Shown: one piece after another, positions 11,966-25,796 of the stretch
Layout of the letters: the number at the start of each line of letters is the position of its first letter
Position numbering within the stretch: the first letter of the stretch is position 1
Source: Lobosporangium transversale
Lineage: Eukaryota
Assembly: GCF_002105155.1 (NCBI RefSeq)
Contig: NW_019029000.1
Location: 186,001-250,000 of the forward strand
DNA: 64,000 nucleotides
Reading direction: 5' to 3'
Notes under the pieces: model-generated
What the model was told of the DNA's origin: nothing
The model's database searches: none
The model's input: the letters and a program-made list of their open reading frames with translations, nothing else
Program-made: the position numbers and the translations under genes

Positions 11966-13887
11966 GCGAAATAAAGCATGGTGGATGATGATGAACCAAT
12001 CTTTTTTTTTTTTTTTTTTTTCTTATTCGCTGCCTCTTCTTGCCTCTTGTTGCCTCTTCTTGCCTCTTCCGGCTTCTTAACTCTCTGTCTTATTATATAA
12101 TACATATTTAGGTTTATAAACCTTGCTTTGTTGCTTTCTTTTTTTTTTTTTTTTTTTTTTTTATATGCAGTCTAAGCGTCAATGCAAATGGTATATACAA
12201 GAGTTTTTGGTTTTTCCCCAATTTATTCTGCCATTAGCAATATGGATCTTGCTCTCGCTCGCTCCATCTCTTTTTCTTTTTTCCGATTTTTTTTTTTTTC
12301 TTTCTTCTGAGCATACACTGCATCGCTCCTAGTCCCTATACAGTACGTGATGGTCCCATTATGGGGAGAAAAAAAAGATACTCAGTAAAACTAGTTTGGT
12401 TCTTATACGCGTATAGGCAAAGAAAGGCTCCTAGAAAAGAGAGAAAGAGAGAGAGAGAGAGAGAGATGTTTTTTGAACTTTGTTGTACATGCCAGGTCCA
12501 TTTGGGTCACACAGATTTACATTCAGGCACACATTACACAAGGCTTTTAGGCTTGGACAACATCGTCATCATCATTGTGGTCACACCCGATGTATTTGTT
12601 TTTTTGTATACATGTACACATTGTATGCAACAGAGTTGTTGAGCGACAGAGACAAGAAAGAAGAAGAAAAAGAAAAAAAAAAAAAAAAAAAAGGAGTGAA
12701 GGGGAGGGGTGAGCCAGAAAAAAAAAAAAAAAAAAAAAAAAACGCGAATAACAAGAGTAATGGGAAGGAGAAGAGATGTTTCTTACCCCCCTTTTCTTTC
12801 TTTTTTTTTTTTTTTTTTTTTTTTTTTTGGGGGAGAGAGTAGGGATTGAATGTGCAGGATGATGTTTACAATATAAAAGTAGTATTTAATGAAGAGCATC
12901 CAGTATAGAATATAGTAATATAGTAATATAGTAATATAGTAATATAGTAATAATAAACAGTAAAATGATCCTCTGCATCTCCATATGAAATGAAAGACGC
13001 GCGCGGTTACGATAGAAAAGAGATGAAGAGAGCGAAGAAAGAGGCCTAGAAAACAAGTTTATGAAGAGCAAATAACAATGATGATAATAATAATAATAAT
13101 AATGGTAATATAATATAAAAAAAAAAAAAAAAAAAGAAAAAGAATGAGCTTCACGGTGGAATGGGATTGGGTGGAATGGAATGAGAATATGGCGAAGGTC
13201 AATGGCATTGAGATTATGCTTGTCGTTGTTGTTGTTGTTGTTGTTGCTGTTGCTGTTGCTGTTGTTGCTGTTGCTGTTGCAGTTGTGGCTATGAATGGAG
13301 ATGCACAATGGGTCTGCGCCTTTAATTCCCCTGTGATAATCACACCATATAAAAACCAAAAGCCTTTCCTTTTCCTCTTTTCCTCTTTTCCTTTCTCTCT
13401 TCTTTACCAATCTCTTTTCTGCCTCCTTTATATTTCTTAACGCGTCTTTATCTTCTTTGCCCGTTCACTAAAAGACAAACAAAAGGAAAAAGAAAAGATC
13501 AAAGATCTCCTACTTTCTTTACCTTCTTTTCGCTTCTTGACTCTTTCAGTCTAACGCACTTTTTTTATTTTTTTCGTCATCTCGCTTCTCAACTGCTATA
13601 CTGCTTCATCCCAACAAAGGAAAAAGAAAATACTGACCCTTTTTTATTTTAATTTTTATTTTTTTTATTTTTTATTTTTATTTTATTTTATTTTTTTGGC
13701 TCTCTCTTACTCTTACTCTTACTCTTTTTACTCTTACTCTTTTTACTCTTTACTCTTTTCACTCTTACTCACTTCCAAATCCAAATTCAAATCCAATTTA
13801 AATACTCTCTTTTCCCCTTTCCTTTATTTCTTTTCTTTTTTTTTTTTTTTTTTTTTTCTTCTTTTCCTCTTTTTCTCTTTTTAAACA

Positions 13888-14823
13888 ATGTTCACTCAAC
13901 AACAGACACAGCATCAACCAAAGCTACAGTTCCCAACTCATTATCATCTTCAACAACAACAACTTCAACAACAACAACAACAACACCCCATGGCCATGTC
14001 CGTACCCTTCCCACATCATCTCAACAACCCTACCCCCAATAACTCATACGCCGGCACCATCGACCCCGGTCTACTCCAAATGACCATCAACCGCATGGAC
14101 ACATCCCAACTCCAAAACATCAACCCTCTCTTCGGAAACAACCTCAATCATAACCATAACCACAACCATAACCATAACCATAACCATAGCCATAGCCATA
14201 GCCATAGCCATAACCATAACCAAAACATCAACGGTCATTCCTCCGCAATGCGCTCCTCCCTTGGCGGAGGCAAACGAAACAGCTCACAGGCCAACATCAA
14301 GCAAGAGGCTGGCTCCCCCGACTTTCTAGCCTCCGAAATGGAATTTGGCGAACCCGGAAACATGCTCTCGCCCGGCTCCAGCTCTCCGCTGAACTCTCCC
14401 AGGAATGATTTTGACAGTCCCGATGATTTCAACAGTACATCTCATGTAAAGCCCTTGCCCATGAATATCCAACATCAAAACTCCTATGGCGACTCTCCCG
14501 GGAACGGTTCACTTTACTCCCCTGTCGAGTCCGATTTCTTCCCCGAGGGTGACTTTAGTCTGCCAACAAGCTCAAGGCCCCTTGATATGAAATTCGGTCG
14601 TCATATCCACCCTTCCCTCCCCACCTCCAATCCATTCCATAGCATGTCCATGCCCGTCCCTAGGTCAGACTGGTTCGGTGCCTCTGATGGTCATCCCGTC
14701 GGCTCATTCGAGAACCCATCTGGCCTTCAATTTGCTCCTGGCGAGATGCCTGGCATGATGAGCAGTCTCTTTGAAGATGATGCCGATCAAAAGTAAGTGA
14801 TCTTTTTTTTTTTTTTTTTTTTA

Positions 14824-14854
<31 letters not shown>

Positions 14855-16446
14855 TCATTTATTATTATTATCACTATCACTATCACTATCACTATCATCA
14901 TTATCACTATCATCATTATTATTACTATTATTATTATTATTATATATATCACTATTTATTTATTTATTTATCATACTATTATGAAGAAAAAAAAAGAAAA
15001 AAAAAAAAAAAAAAAAAAAAAAAACGTGGGAGAGATGAAAAGGAAGGGCAAATGAGGAGATTATAGGGGGCAAGTGGATAGTCTTTCTACAACACACGTT
15101 TACTGTTTCGGCGAAAAGAAAAAAAAAAAAAAAAAAAAAAAAAAAGGTTTTGTCAATAATAGGGGGTGGTGTCTGTCAGAGAGAGAGAGCACAAACAAAA
15201 AATGATGTACGAGTGCATAAGTCAACTAGACTCCGTGCATGATCTTGGACTCCCCTTTATTTTTTGATACATCCAAAAAATGGCTACTTCGTCTACTCTA
15301 AAGACACTGACAAAGAAAAAGTGAGGAGTGTTCATGCAAGCTCATGCCCTGGTTTACATTTGTGAACCCCTTTTCAACCCCTTACTTTCTTATTGTTATT
15401 GTTTAACATCTTTGTTCCTGTCAAATTACTTTTTACACCCTGGGCTTCAACCATTTCTTTCTTTCGTTGGTGTTTTTATTATTATTTATATATATATAAA
15501 AGTGAGTGCGTGTTAGAGTTGAATCCAAACATCTGCTTTTTTCCTTTTTCTGTGGTGGTTTTGACAGCCATGGGTTATCTCCAAGGGTCTACAAACGAAA
15601 AAGTACTTTAAAAATTTCAAAAGCGCGCGCAAACAAAAAAAAAAAAAAAAACAAATTAGCAACAAACTGCATTATCAGCAGGATGACGCAAAAGCGCATT
15701 GATAATAAAAACAAACAAGAGCCACCGTGGGGTTTGCGCGAATGTAGTCGTGGAAAACAAACATCGTTCTAACGCATGCCTTTTTTTTTGTTTTTTTATT
15801 TTTCCTTTCAACTTCAGGGGTATTAGTCGAGCCATGCTCATGAACGAGAAACGACGGAGACGCCGTGAGAGTCACAATGCTGGTAAGGATTTTATCAACT
15901 ACTAATGCTTTGCTTGAATGTCTGCGCTTTTTTTATTTTTTTTTATTTTTTTCATAATCGAATGCGGAGCTATTATTAAACCTGATATGTACTTCCCCCT
16001 ATCTTTCTGTCTGCGCCGTTTTATATATATATTTATACATATTTACTTATTTTATTTATTTATTCATTTTTTTTTTTTTTTTTTCTTCTTTTTCCTTTCT
16101 CTTCCATCTAGTCGAACGACGAAGACGCGACAACATCAATGAAAAAATTCAGGAGCTCTCAACGCTATTGCCCGACATTTACGTGGACAGTGCCAATAAG
16201 CCCAACAAGGGTGTGATTCTACGAAAGTCTGTTGATTATATTCGTCACCTCCAGCAGTTGGTCTCTTCTCAAGCCACCCGGAATCAGGAACTCGAGGCTC
16301 AACTCCAAGCAAAGAATCAGTCTCAGTCCCCAACAAGTCAACCTACTACTGACGAAGCCAATAACTCCGGTCCTGGCCCACAGCTCCAGCAAGACTTTGG
16401 GATGATGAGGATTGTCGCAGGCAGCAACAGTGGCGGACAAAACTAG
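13888..16446 (+). CDS. bHLH-Zip transcription factor, Rtg3/MiT-TFE-like. Exons 13888..14792, 15818..15882, 16112..16446
   Basis: Spliced product gives [33 protein letters not shown]...[19 protein letters not shown] followed by a short zipper. GT-AG junctions keep frame. Q/N/H-rich N-terminus. Confidence 0.92.
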
Positions 16447-16486
16447 CACAACATACATCCTCATGTCAAAAAACAAACAAACAAAC

Positions 16487-16517
<31 letters not shown>

Positions 16518-17342
16518 CACTGGCGCCATGATATCTTGTCTCTCTCTCTCTCTCTTTCTCTCGTGCGCGGAATAAATTAAAGGGTGGATGGTATGAGTAG
16601 AGGAGACAGAGGCGTTTGCTTGTTCATTTTGCTCGGTCTCGAGAGAAGAAGGGTCAAGAAAGACGATTGTACATACAAGCATGATGGACAGAGTGAAGCA
16701 ACAAATATGGCATCCAAGCTCAAGTAATAGGCAGACAAACAACAGCAAAAAGAAAAAAGAAAAAAAAAAAAAAAAAAAAAGATAGATGACAGCAAGGAAG
16801 CACTCTTGGCGCTTATATGGCTACATCACAAGTTTACCTGTCTACTGGAATATGAGAATCGATACATATCATACCCGACTACGAAATCAAGATTAACAAC
16901 CAACTTGTATATTTTTTTTTTTTTTTTTTTTCTTATCTTTTCTATTCATCTTTTCTTTTTTTTTTTTTTTTTCTTTCTTTTTTTCTTTTTTTCTTTCTTT
17001 CTTTCTTTCTTTCCTTTCTTATGACTGCAACACTATTTTTTTATGAGCTACATTTTTCTTCCCCTCTCTCTTCATCACCAGCATTTTTTTTTTTTTCCTT
17101 ATTTTCTTCTTCTTCTTCTTCTTCATGAGCTATGCGTTCCTTAGGAGTGTAACATGGCATTTTTATATGCGTTGTGGCGTATCCTTTGTACAATTATTGT
17201 TTCCTTATCACTTTTTCTTCAATAAAAAAAAATAAAATAATATCCAAAAAAGAAAAAAAAAGAAAAAAAAAAAAAAAAAAAAAAAGCTTGTTGTTCAGTG
17301 TTAGTTGTAGCAATGAATCTTTATTGAACTTGTCTATTCATT

Positions 17343-18625
17343 CTAGTTGGATGCAATGATCGTTGTGCGTTGTCTTGTAGTTGTGGTGGTAGTAGTGATG
17401 GTGTGGCCGTTGTCATTGACTTGAACACTCTTCTTCACCAAAGAGTTTGAAAAGCCATCCAACTCTAAATCCTTCTTCTTCTTCATCATGTCCTTGTCAA
17501 TAGCAGAAGCAGCAGCAGCAGCAGCAGCAGCCATCTTTTCCAATTTCTCTGCACGTTTCACATACGCCTCGAGACCGATGCCAGAAAAGACAACGGCGAC
17601 CATCACCCATTGGAGAGGCTTCATTTCATGACCATAGGCCACAACAGACAACAGGATCGTAAACAGCTTCCGAGTGACGGTGACGGTGACGAGGGAGAGG
17701 GAGCCATAATGTTCAAGGGTATAAAAGATGAAGCATTGGCCGAGCGCACCACAGAGAGAGAACATGATGATATCCTTGATGATCGCCGGATGGGTCTGAC
17801 AAAAGTTCAGGGCGTTGATCAACTCGGGATTCCAGGGGTTGAGGAGCCAAAGGCTCATGAAGGTGGACATGAACAGGTTCATGAAACACATCATCTGTTG
17901 TCCCGTGACCTTGAACTGATGAAAGATTTGATCCTGAGTCGAATTGGTGACACCGTCAAGGGTCAGGTTGATGGCGACCAAGAAGAGACCATATAGAGAA
18001 CTGTTGACGGCGCCCTTCTTCTTTGCATGATGATCATCCACCGGAGCGAACAACATGAATCCGGAGACGCCGATGGTGATGAGGGCCACACAGATGTATT
18101 TGTAAAGGGGGAACTTGCGACGATAAAGAAGAATGTTCATCAACATGACCGGGATGAGTTTACAGGATTTGGTGAGGATCATGGTCGGATAATCAATATG
18201 TTTGAGGGCCGCATAAGAGAACGGGGCGGCGGTGACACCGATCAAGGCCACCTGCATATATTTGAGGACGAGGGGGCGAGAAGGTCTGGGAAGGGAATTC
18301 CCCTGGAGCTTGAGATAGATCAGAGCGATCAAGGAGGCAAAGAGAGATTGGATCAAGCCCAAGAAGATGAAGAATTTGAATTTAAGAGCATCTTGACCAT
18401 AGGGTGTTGTCGACACCTTTTCTTGATAATAGCCCCATGTTAAAAAACATGAATAGATGCTGGAGAACACAAAAGAAAAAAAAAAAAAAAAAAAAAAAAA
18501 AGTGTGTCAAGTTATGCATCTTGGAATGCTGAAATGCTGAAATGGTGAAATGTTGAAATGTTTTTTTTTTTTTTTTTTTTTCCTCATTTTAGTTACCCTA
18601 CTACACAGCCTGCTAACCGCAACAT
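17343..18625 (-). CDS. HUT1: UDP-galactose/UAA-family nucleotide-sugar transporter (HUT1/SLC35B1-like). Exons 18625..18597, 18459..17343
   Basis: MLRLAGCVVG|IYSCFLTWGYYQEKV, PFSYAALKHIDYPTMILTKSCKLIPVM, DGVTNSTQD, TVTVTRKLFTILLSV. Multiple hydrophobic segments. Confidence 0.9.
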
Positions 18626-18679
18626 GTCTGTACAATTAGTTAATTAAATAAAATATATATATATGTATATAAAAAAACT

Positions 18680-18715
<36 letters not shown>

Positions 18716-19031
18716 GAATAGAATAAAAAAAAAAGGGCAAAAGAATTTAGATGGAAAAAGAAGAGGATGAAGAGATGTGAATGCGAAGCAATGATGCAGA
18801 TCTAGGAGAGAGGAAAAAAAAAGAAGACAGATAATAATGTGTTCCTTAATTTAGCTGCTTAGTGGCAACCAATGAAAGAGCACCAAGACAAGGCAGTCAC
18901 TGGAATTACTCCATGAGGTGGCAGCTCATGGCTGGCTGGTGTAAACAAAATCAAACAAAATCAAACAAAATCAAACAAAATCAGACAAAATTAAAAAAGA
19001 AATGTGGAGAAGAGAGATAGGACAGGGGGAT

Positions 19032-19062
<31 letters not shown>

Positions 19063-19490
19063 GATTGATTGATTGACAGATATAGATATAAATATATATG
19101 AAGCACAAACATCTTTCTAGACTATTATGGCCGTCATCAAACAAAACATGGCTGGACCTGACTCTGAATTACAGTACTCTCTTTGACACCGGAATGAAGC
19201 TCCCTCTCTATTATATATACCATTGTACTTCTCCTTTCCCAGACCTTTGAGAGTTATTATTACAGTATTACTTTGTTACTTCGCCCAGCCACTGCTTGTG
19301 TACTGTACTGCTCTCCAATCCAAATGCCCAAGTCCCAAGTGGGTTTGACAGGATCAGCATGTGATGATACAGATATCGATTTTACTAAACCCATGTCATC
19401 ATTTTTAAAATCTCTGTGGCGATCAATTCAGAGGAAAACATTATACGAAACTAGAGAAAAAAGAATCATGATGTGTCCTTTATGATACCC

Positions 19491-19572
<82 letters not shown>

Positions 19573-19581
19573 GTTATTATT
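19491..19581. repeat. (ATT)n microsatellite, about 30 units
   Basis: Near-perfect tandem ATT run seen directly. Confidence 0.95.
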
Positions 19582-19920
19582 AATATTTGATGGGTTGATG
19601 GGTTGATGGGTAAAAAATATTCATGACGTTCACAACTCGAGATCGATTCCAATCCAGGGTCTACAAATTTGGTGCAAGGCTCAACAAATTTCGATCCAAT
19701 GACCCCCTTTCGTCATACGTGGACCTAAAAAAAAAAAAAAAAAAAAAAAAAAAGCTTTCTCCCTACCCATCTTCCATCAACATTCTTTTCTCATGCCCAT
19801 AAAAGTTAAAAATTCCATCTTATTCTTTTTTTTTTTTTTTACTTTTTATTCTTGTTCCTTGAGATCATAAAATAAAAATATAAAAAAAAAAAATCAGAGG
19901 ATTCGCCTTAAATGGATATT

Positions 19921-20482
19921 TTACTGGGGAACAAGGGTGTTGACCAACTCAATGTACTCCTTCTCAGCTGCCTCCTTGGAGACACCCTTCTTCTGGTCCC
20001 AGGCATCCCACTTGGCCTTGCCCTTAATGTCAAACATACCCTAAAGTCACATTATCGTTATTTAAAATAAAAGTTAAAAATTAGTACCTCCATCGTCTTT
20101 TCAACCATCATGTACTACTTTGCTTAGTCACAAGAAGCGACTTCCTTACAGGGCGAGCTATGATTTTTAAGGAAAAGGGAAAGGAAAAAAGTAAAAAAAA
20201 AAAATGCGTTAGCTATCATCGCTTAAAACACAGACAAGCGAATGAGGTTCATAACACTTTGCTAATAAAAAAATATAAAAATATAAAAAACTAAAACAAA
20301 TAGAATGGAATTTCAATTACTAGTGGTGTTGTCACCCTCGGTGGCCTGCTTGTAAAGACCATAGAGCTTGAGGAGAGTATCGTTGTCAGGGCTCGTGGTG
20401 AGAGTCTTGACTCTGGCAGCGGCAGCTTCGAACTCGGCAGAAGGCTATACCGTATTTCATGAGATGTAAACCTTTTTTTAGC

Positions 20483-20515
<33 letters not shown>

Positions 20516-20669
20516 GGTTAAAACTGCTGTCGTAGTTAATTCTCATCCAAACAAAGGGTTGGGTTTTCTTTTTTTTTTTTTTTTCCGTTTCCTTGAAACA
20601 TATGCGTACATGCATACACGCATGCATTCTTAACGACATTAACTAGATTCATATTCCTCTCCTGCGTGC

Positions 20670-20705
<36 letters not shown>

Positions 20706-20961
20706 TTTTGTTGTTGTTGTTGTTGTTACTGTTATCATTATTTATCATAAATAACTAGGCATGTTTATGTTTAAGTATTATAAATGTTTGTCGCGTCATA
20801 TTAATCAAGCTCATGATTGAAATGTTGTTTGATCGTGATAGAGAACATTGTCTTTTTTTTTTTTTTTTTTTTTTCCCCTCTCCTGTGTATTATGCTGTGT
20901 ACTATGCTGTGTACTATGCTGTGTATGATTACAACATCAAATAAAAAGTACAACTTACCAT
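19921..20961 (-). CDS. ACB1: Acyl-CoA-binding protein. Exons 20961..20959 (ATG only), 20444..20321, 20157..20150 (8 nt), 20040..19921
   Basis: Not in the ORF track. Manual splice gives [84 protein letters not shown], with the ACBP signatures [11 protein letters not shown] and KAKWDAW. Confidence 0.95.
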
Positions 20962-21461
20962 GTTTGTTAGGAAATGGGAGAAGTGTTGAAGAGGAAAGTG
21001 ATGAGAAATGGAATGTAAAAAAAAAAAAAAAAAAAAAAGAAGCTTGTGAGAGTTTTTTTTAAATAGGGGAACGGGAACCTCCCGGGGGGACAATTCTGTT
21101 TCACACGTGATTTTAACAAGCTCAAGCAAGCGCGCGTGAACGTGAAAAAAGAATTATGAATTTTAATTTATTTTTTGTGACCTCATACCTCATACATAGA
21201 TTTGTATAATATATATATGCAAGATGTTGAGACCAAAGGCTGGTTCCTTTTTATTAACCCTATTGGCACATGGCAATCTTGGCAATCCTTTTTTTTTTTT
21301 TCTTTTCTTTTCTAATCCTATTATTAACCGCCAACTATCTAACTATCTATTCACGCGCGTCATCCCGATCACCCACCACCATTAGGTTTAAAAAAAAAAA
21401 AAAAACCCCTCTCACGCTCATACTCCTTCCTCTCACAAGCATTAATTATATAATTTCACTC

Positions 21462-21495
<34 letters not shown>

Positions 21496-21612
21496 GAAAA
21501 ATATCATTATATTAATTATTGTGAACCATGACGAACCATTGATCTCTCTTGGCCACTTTTCTTTTTTTAAATGTCTATGCTAAATATGCTTGCAAAAATC
21601 TAACTAACCGAA

Positions 21613-21645
<33 letters not shown>

Positions 21646-21650
<5 letters not shown>

Positions 21651-23408
21651 GCAAGACACGCATAGCCATTTCAAATCCAAGGAAGGTGACAGCATTGGCT
21701 GGAGCAGCGCGAAGAATGCAAGGCGCGAACCCCTTAAAGAAGCCTGCAATGCCTTCCTTTGCCATCGTCTGACGGGCGCAATCAAATGCTGAAGAGTATT
21801 GACGAGTGGTTGAGGTGAATCCATCCGTCTGTAACTTGGACTTGATCACATCAATAGGGTACACAGTCGTCCTAGTAGTGAGAATAGTATCATCCATTAG
21901 TCTTTAAGAGCCACGAAATAAAACACAGAAAGAAAGAAAGAAAGAAACAAAGAAACAAAGAAAGAAAGAAATAAAGAAAAAAAAAAAAAAAAAGGCTTAC
22001 CACATGGCATATCCAGCACAAGCACCGTATGCAACCACTTTAATAGTGCTCAACTCATTACGTGCCTTGTTCTCAAGACGCATGGCACGCTGAACCAAAT
22101 ATTCATATGCTGCAAAGTAAGCACCATAACCCTGGAACTCCCTCACCATCGTCACAGCCTGACCCTTATAAAGCCCACGGAGACCATACTGAGCATAGAT
22201 CTTTTGTACAGCATCCACAGGTCCTGTGAAATAAAGTGCATTCTTAGTTGCGTTCGGAACAACCGCTGCTGATTCTGCTGCTGCAGTCTTGATAACTTGA
22301 TTAGCTGCGGACGAGTTTCCGGCAGAGATAGCAGCAGCAGCAGCAGCAGCAGCAGCCTTCTCAGATGTAGCGCCTGTAATAGCCTTGACAGAAGCACCAG
22401 CAGATCCAGTCTGGACCTGAAGACGGGTACGGATATGTTCCACAGGACCAGAGACCACAGAATTGGTGATACCACTAGCAGCTCCTGCTAAATAGAGCTG
22501 TGAATTGCTGAGGAACCCATTGGCGTGAGGTCCATTCAAATCATGGTAATAACGCTTCATCGCCTCCAGAGTCACAAACTGGATCGAAACACAGGCACCT
22601 ACTCCGACCAAAGGTGTCGTTGTTCCCTTGTAAAAGCCCCTGATCCCTTCCTTTGATAACGTCTTCTTCACACAGTCCAAAGTCCCCGAATAGAGTGGTG
22701 CCTGGCCAGGCATAGGAGCCGGCATTGTTTGCAGGCGCTTTGATAAAGAAGAGACGAAGAGATGAGTAAGAAAAGGGTTAGCTTGAAGAGAAAACGGAGG
22801 TATATGGAGAAAGGATAGCCCAATTGCCATAGTGATATAGTAATGACAACCATTAACCACATAAAAATAAAAATAAAAATAACTCCGTATCTACGTATAC
22901 AATCTTTTTTCAGTCTTTTAAAAGAGTATGAAGAGTCATCGATGGCTCATTGAATGACCCTTGTCTGTGTAAATCGTATTGGCTTCCACTGCTGAGCAAT
23001 CCCTTTATTTTTTATCTTATTTTTGTTGGGGAAAGGGCTTCATTGTCCTGAACTGGTATGTATCTGTCCACCATTGATTCCTTACCACTTTAACGGTATC
23101 GAAAGGCTATAGAAGATTTCAAATTGACAACAACAACAACAACAACAACAAAAAAAAAAAAAAAAAAAAAAAAATTAGTAAAGAAAAAAAGGTACTAGAC
23201 ATATATAGAAATCCAATCAGCAATGCGATGCACCACAATGGAAGCTCAAAGTCTGGCATGGAGTTTTCAACCTGGTCTCCATTTGTTCTTTCAGACCCAA
23301 TAACCAGATTCTTCTTATTTTCCTCACCTGTCCTACAAAGACTTGAAGGAAACCTCCGATCGTACCGCTAGCACAATCCTTGACAGCTCGCATAGAATCG
23401 TTCGACAT
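21646..23408 (-). CDS. Mitochondrial carrier (SLC25), YMC1/carnitine-ornithine carrier-like. Exons 23408..23328, 23106..23086, 22737..22001, 21871..21646
   Basis: Three PX[D/E]XX[K/R] signatures: GQPFDTVKVRLQ, GPVEHIRTRLQ, YPIDVIKSKLQ. Also GFYKG/GLYKG/GFFKG motifs and RAAPANA. Confidence 0.93.
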
Positions 23409-23603
23409 GTTGTGTTATATGAAATTTAAAATAAAATAAAGTTGGCAGAGGAAATAAGATAAAAATGAATGGTGTAATAACTCTACAAAAAAAAAAAAAA
23501 AAAAAAAAAAATAGAAAGAAAGAAAGAAAGAAAGAAAGGTGGAGTGGGGAGGAAGGGAAAAAGAGAACGGATGAGAGAATTAAAGAGAGATAAACCGACA
23601 GAC

Positions 23604-23638
<35 letters not shown>

Positions 23639-23683
23639 ATAGAAAGTAAACGAACGGAAGATTAGGAATAAAAGTCGGACGAT

Positions 23684-23714
<31 letters not shown>

Positions 23715-24653
23715 GGCACGGTGGAACTGTGTGTTTTGGCCAGACACCAAACGTGACTCTTTCATTGTCCACACACCACACAACCAATCAAAATGATTTA
23801 TCCAACACCATCCTGAGGTTCTGAGATTCAAAAAACACAAAAGAGCGGGCACTGGCATGGTTCATCAAAGCACGGATGTTGCTGTGGGCATTGTCATAGC
23901 ATTTATATGTATATATAAATTCATATTTATATACAAACACATATACATGTATATATCTATATACATATTATATAATGATAAATGTATATGTTTCCACGGC
24001 TATTGTTCTAATGTTCGTAGTGCCCAAACTCTAAAATCGCACAGAAACAGGAGTTGACTAATGAAATTAACGATCACTCCAGAATATGAATACCACAAGC
24101 AGCAACCAACCCTCCATATCACACACTCGTATCCCCTCATCGTGTTCAGATCCCTCACAGTCTTCTGCTTGCTCTTCATTATGATTTTCATCATAATGGT
24201 CTTCATCATACCAATTGTTTTCAAACTCAAAATCCTCAGCTTGGACAATATTTTCATTTGTTGCCTCAATACTTCCCATCGCATCTCCGGATCCATCCTC
24301 CTCTTCTCCTTCCTTTTCTTCCTCTTCTTCTCCCACCTCCTCTTTGGCTCGCTCCTCTTCTGGCGTTCCTCCATTTCCTCTTTCAAACTGGGCATATTTC
24401 CTGATCACAAATTCAATGTTGATGATATGGGTTTGCGCTGTATGGGCAAATAGCCTGTGCCTGCTTTCTTCCAGCACGTGCTGTAAATCACGCCCTTTCT
24501 CTTCAGGCTTAGATCACGTCTCATCTCGGTCCGGTCCTTCCTTTTTCTACAGTGAACACCAACTCTCGCGCTTCAAACTTTCTTTCTTTCCCTTCCAAAC
24601 TCAACACTCAACACTTCATACACATTTATTTCATCAAATCACATTTATCTAGG

Positions 24654-25214
24654 ATGTCTCTCACTTTCACTGCTCAAGAACTTTCCCAGTACGACGGCAC
24701 CAAAGCTGATGCCCCCATTTACGTCGCTGTCAAGGGAACTGTCTTCGATGTCTCTTCCAAGAAGGAAATGTATGCCCCTGGAGGAAAATACCACGTCTTT
24801 GCTGGAAAAGATGCATCCAAGGTACAAAAGAAAACAAAAAAAAAAAAAAAAGACCCATCTCCTTCCTCTTCTCAGCCAACTCAAAGATCGCATGAGTTTT
24901 TGAATTGAATCCTTTCGTCCTCATGCAACATCATGACGAGAATTGTCCTTTTTATTTATTTTACTTTATTTTTCATTCATAGGCCCTTGGGAAAAGCTCC
25001 GTCGATCCTGCAGACTGCACTGCAGACTACAGTGAATTGGATGAGAAGGAGGTAAAAAAAAAAAAAAAAACCATTATCAATATGATGTGTTGATCAATAC
25101 GCCAACTTTTTTTCCTCCTCTTTTTCTTTTGCATTGTCTCCATAGCTCAAGGTTTTGAATGACTGGGTTGCTTTCTTCGAGAAGCGTTACCCTATTGTTG
25201 GCAAGACAGCGTAA
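24654..25214 (+). CDS. Cytochrome b5-like heme/steroid-binding protein (MAPR/Dap1 family). Exons 24654..24821, 24983..25051, 25146..25214
   Basis: FTAQELSQYDGT...PIYVAVKGTVFDVS...YAPGGKYHVFAGKDASK|ALGKSS...LNDWVAFFEKRYPIVG. No N-terminal TM segment seen. Confidence 0.93.
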
Positions 25215-25600
25215 ACCATTCCATCACTCTACAACATAATCAGTAAATAAAGAAGAGAAAAAAAACTTTTCTGACTATTTTGTCCAATTTGAACTATCTA
25301 AAAGATGCCAAAGCCCTTCCTTTGTTCTTTTGTCCCGCAGAAAAGACGCGATTAGACATCACATGCCATACGCATAAAAAAAAAAAAAAAAAATTCTCAA
25401 GTTGTACAAACACATCTGCAGAAAGATTTCTGGATGAGGGATAGGCGTCTTGTGACGATGCTACGGCTTTCAACAACACCCCTTTACCATTCTTAAGGTG
25501 ATTCATTAGGCATAACTGTGTCTCTTCATGATTTCATGATAAAAAAAAAATGTTTGGTTGAATATTTCTTTGTATCGGTATCTTTGCTCCCTAATCTGAG

Positions 25601-25635
<35 letters not shown>

Positions 25636-25740
25636 TTTCCTTCGTGATAAACTAGCACAGACCTTGGCGTTATTAAATTTATATATGATTATGTACAAAG
25701 CTAAAAACAAAGTAAAAAAGCAACTCAACGATCGAAGAAG

Positions 25741-25774
<34 letters not shown>

Positions 25775-25796
25775 GATTACATTGAGAAGAAGAAAA

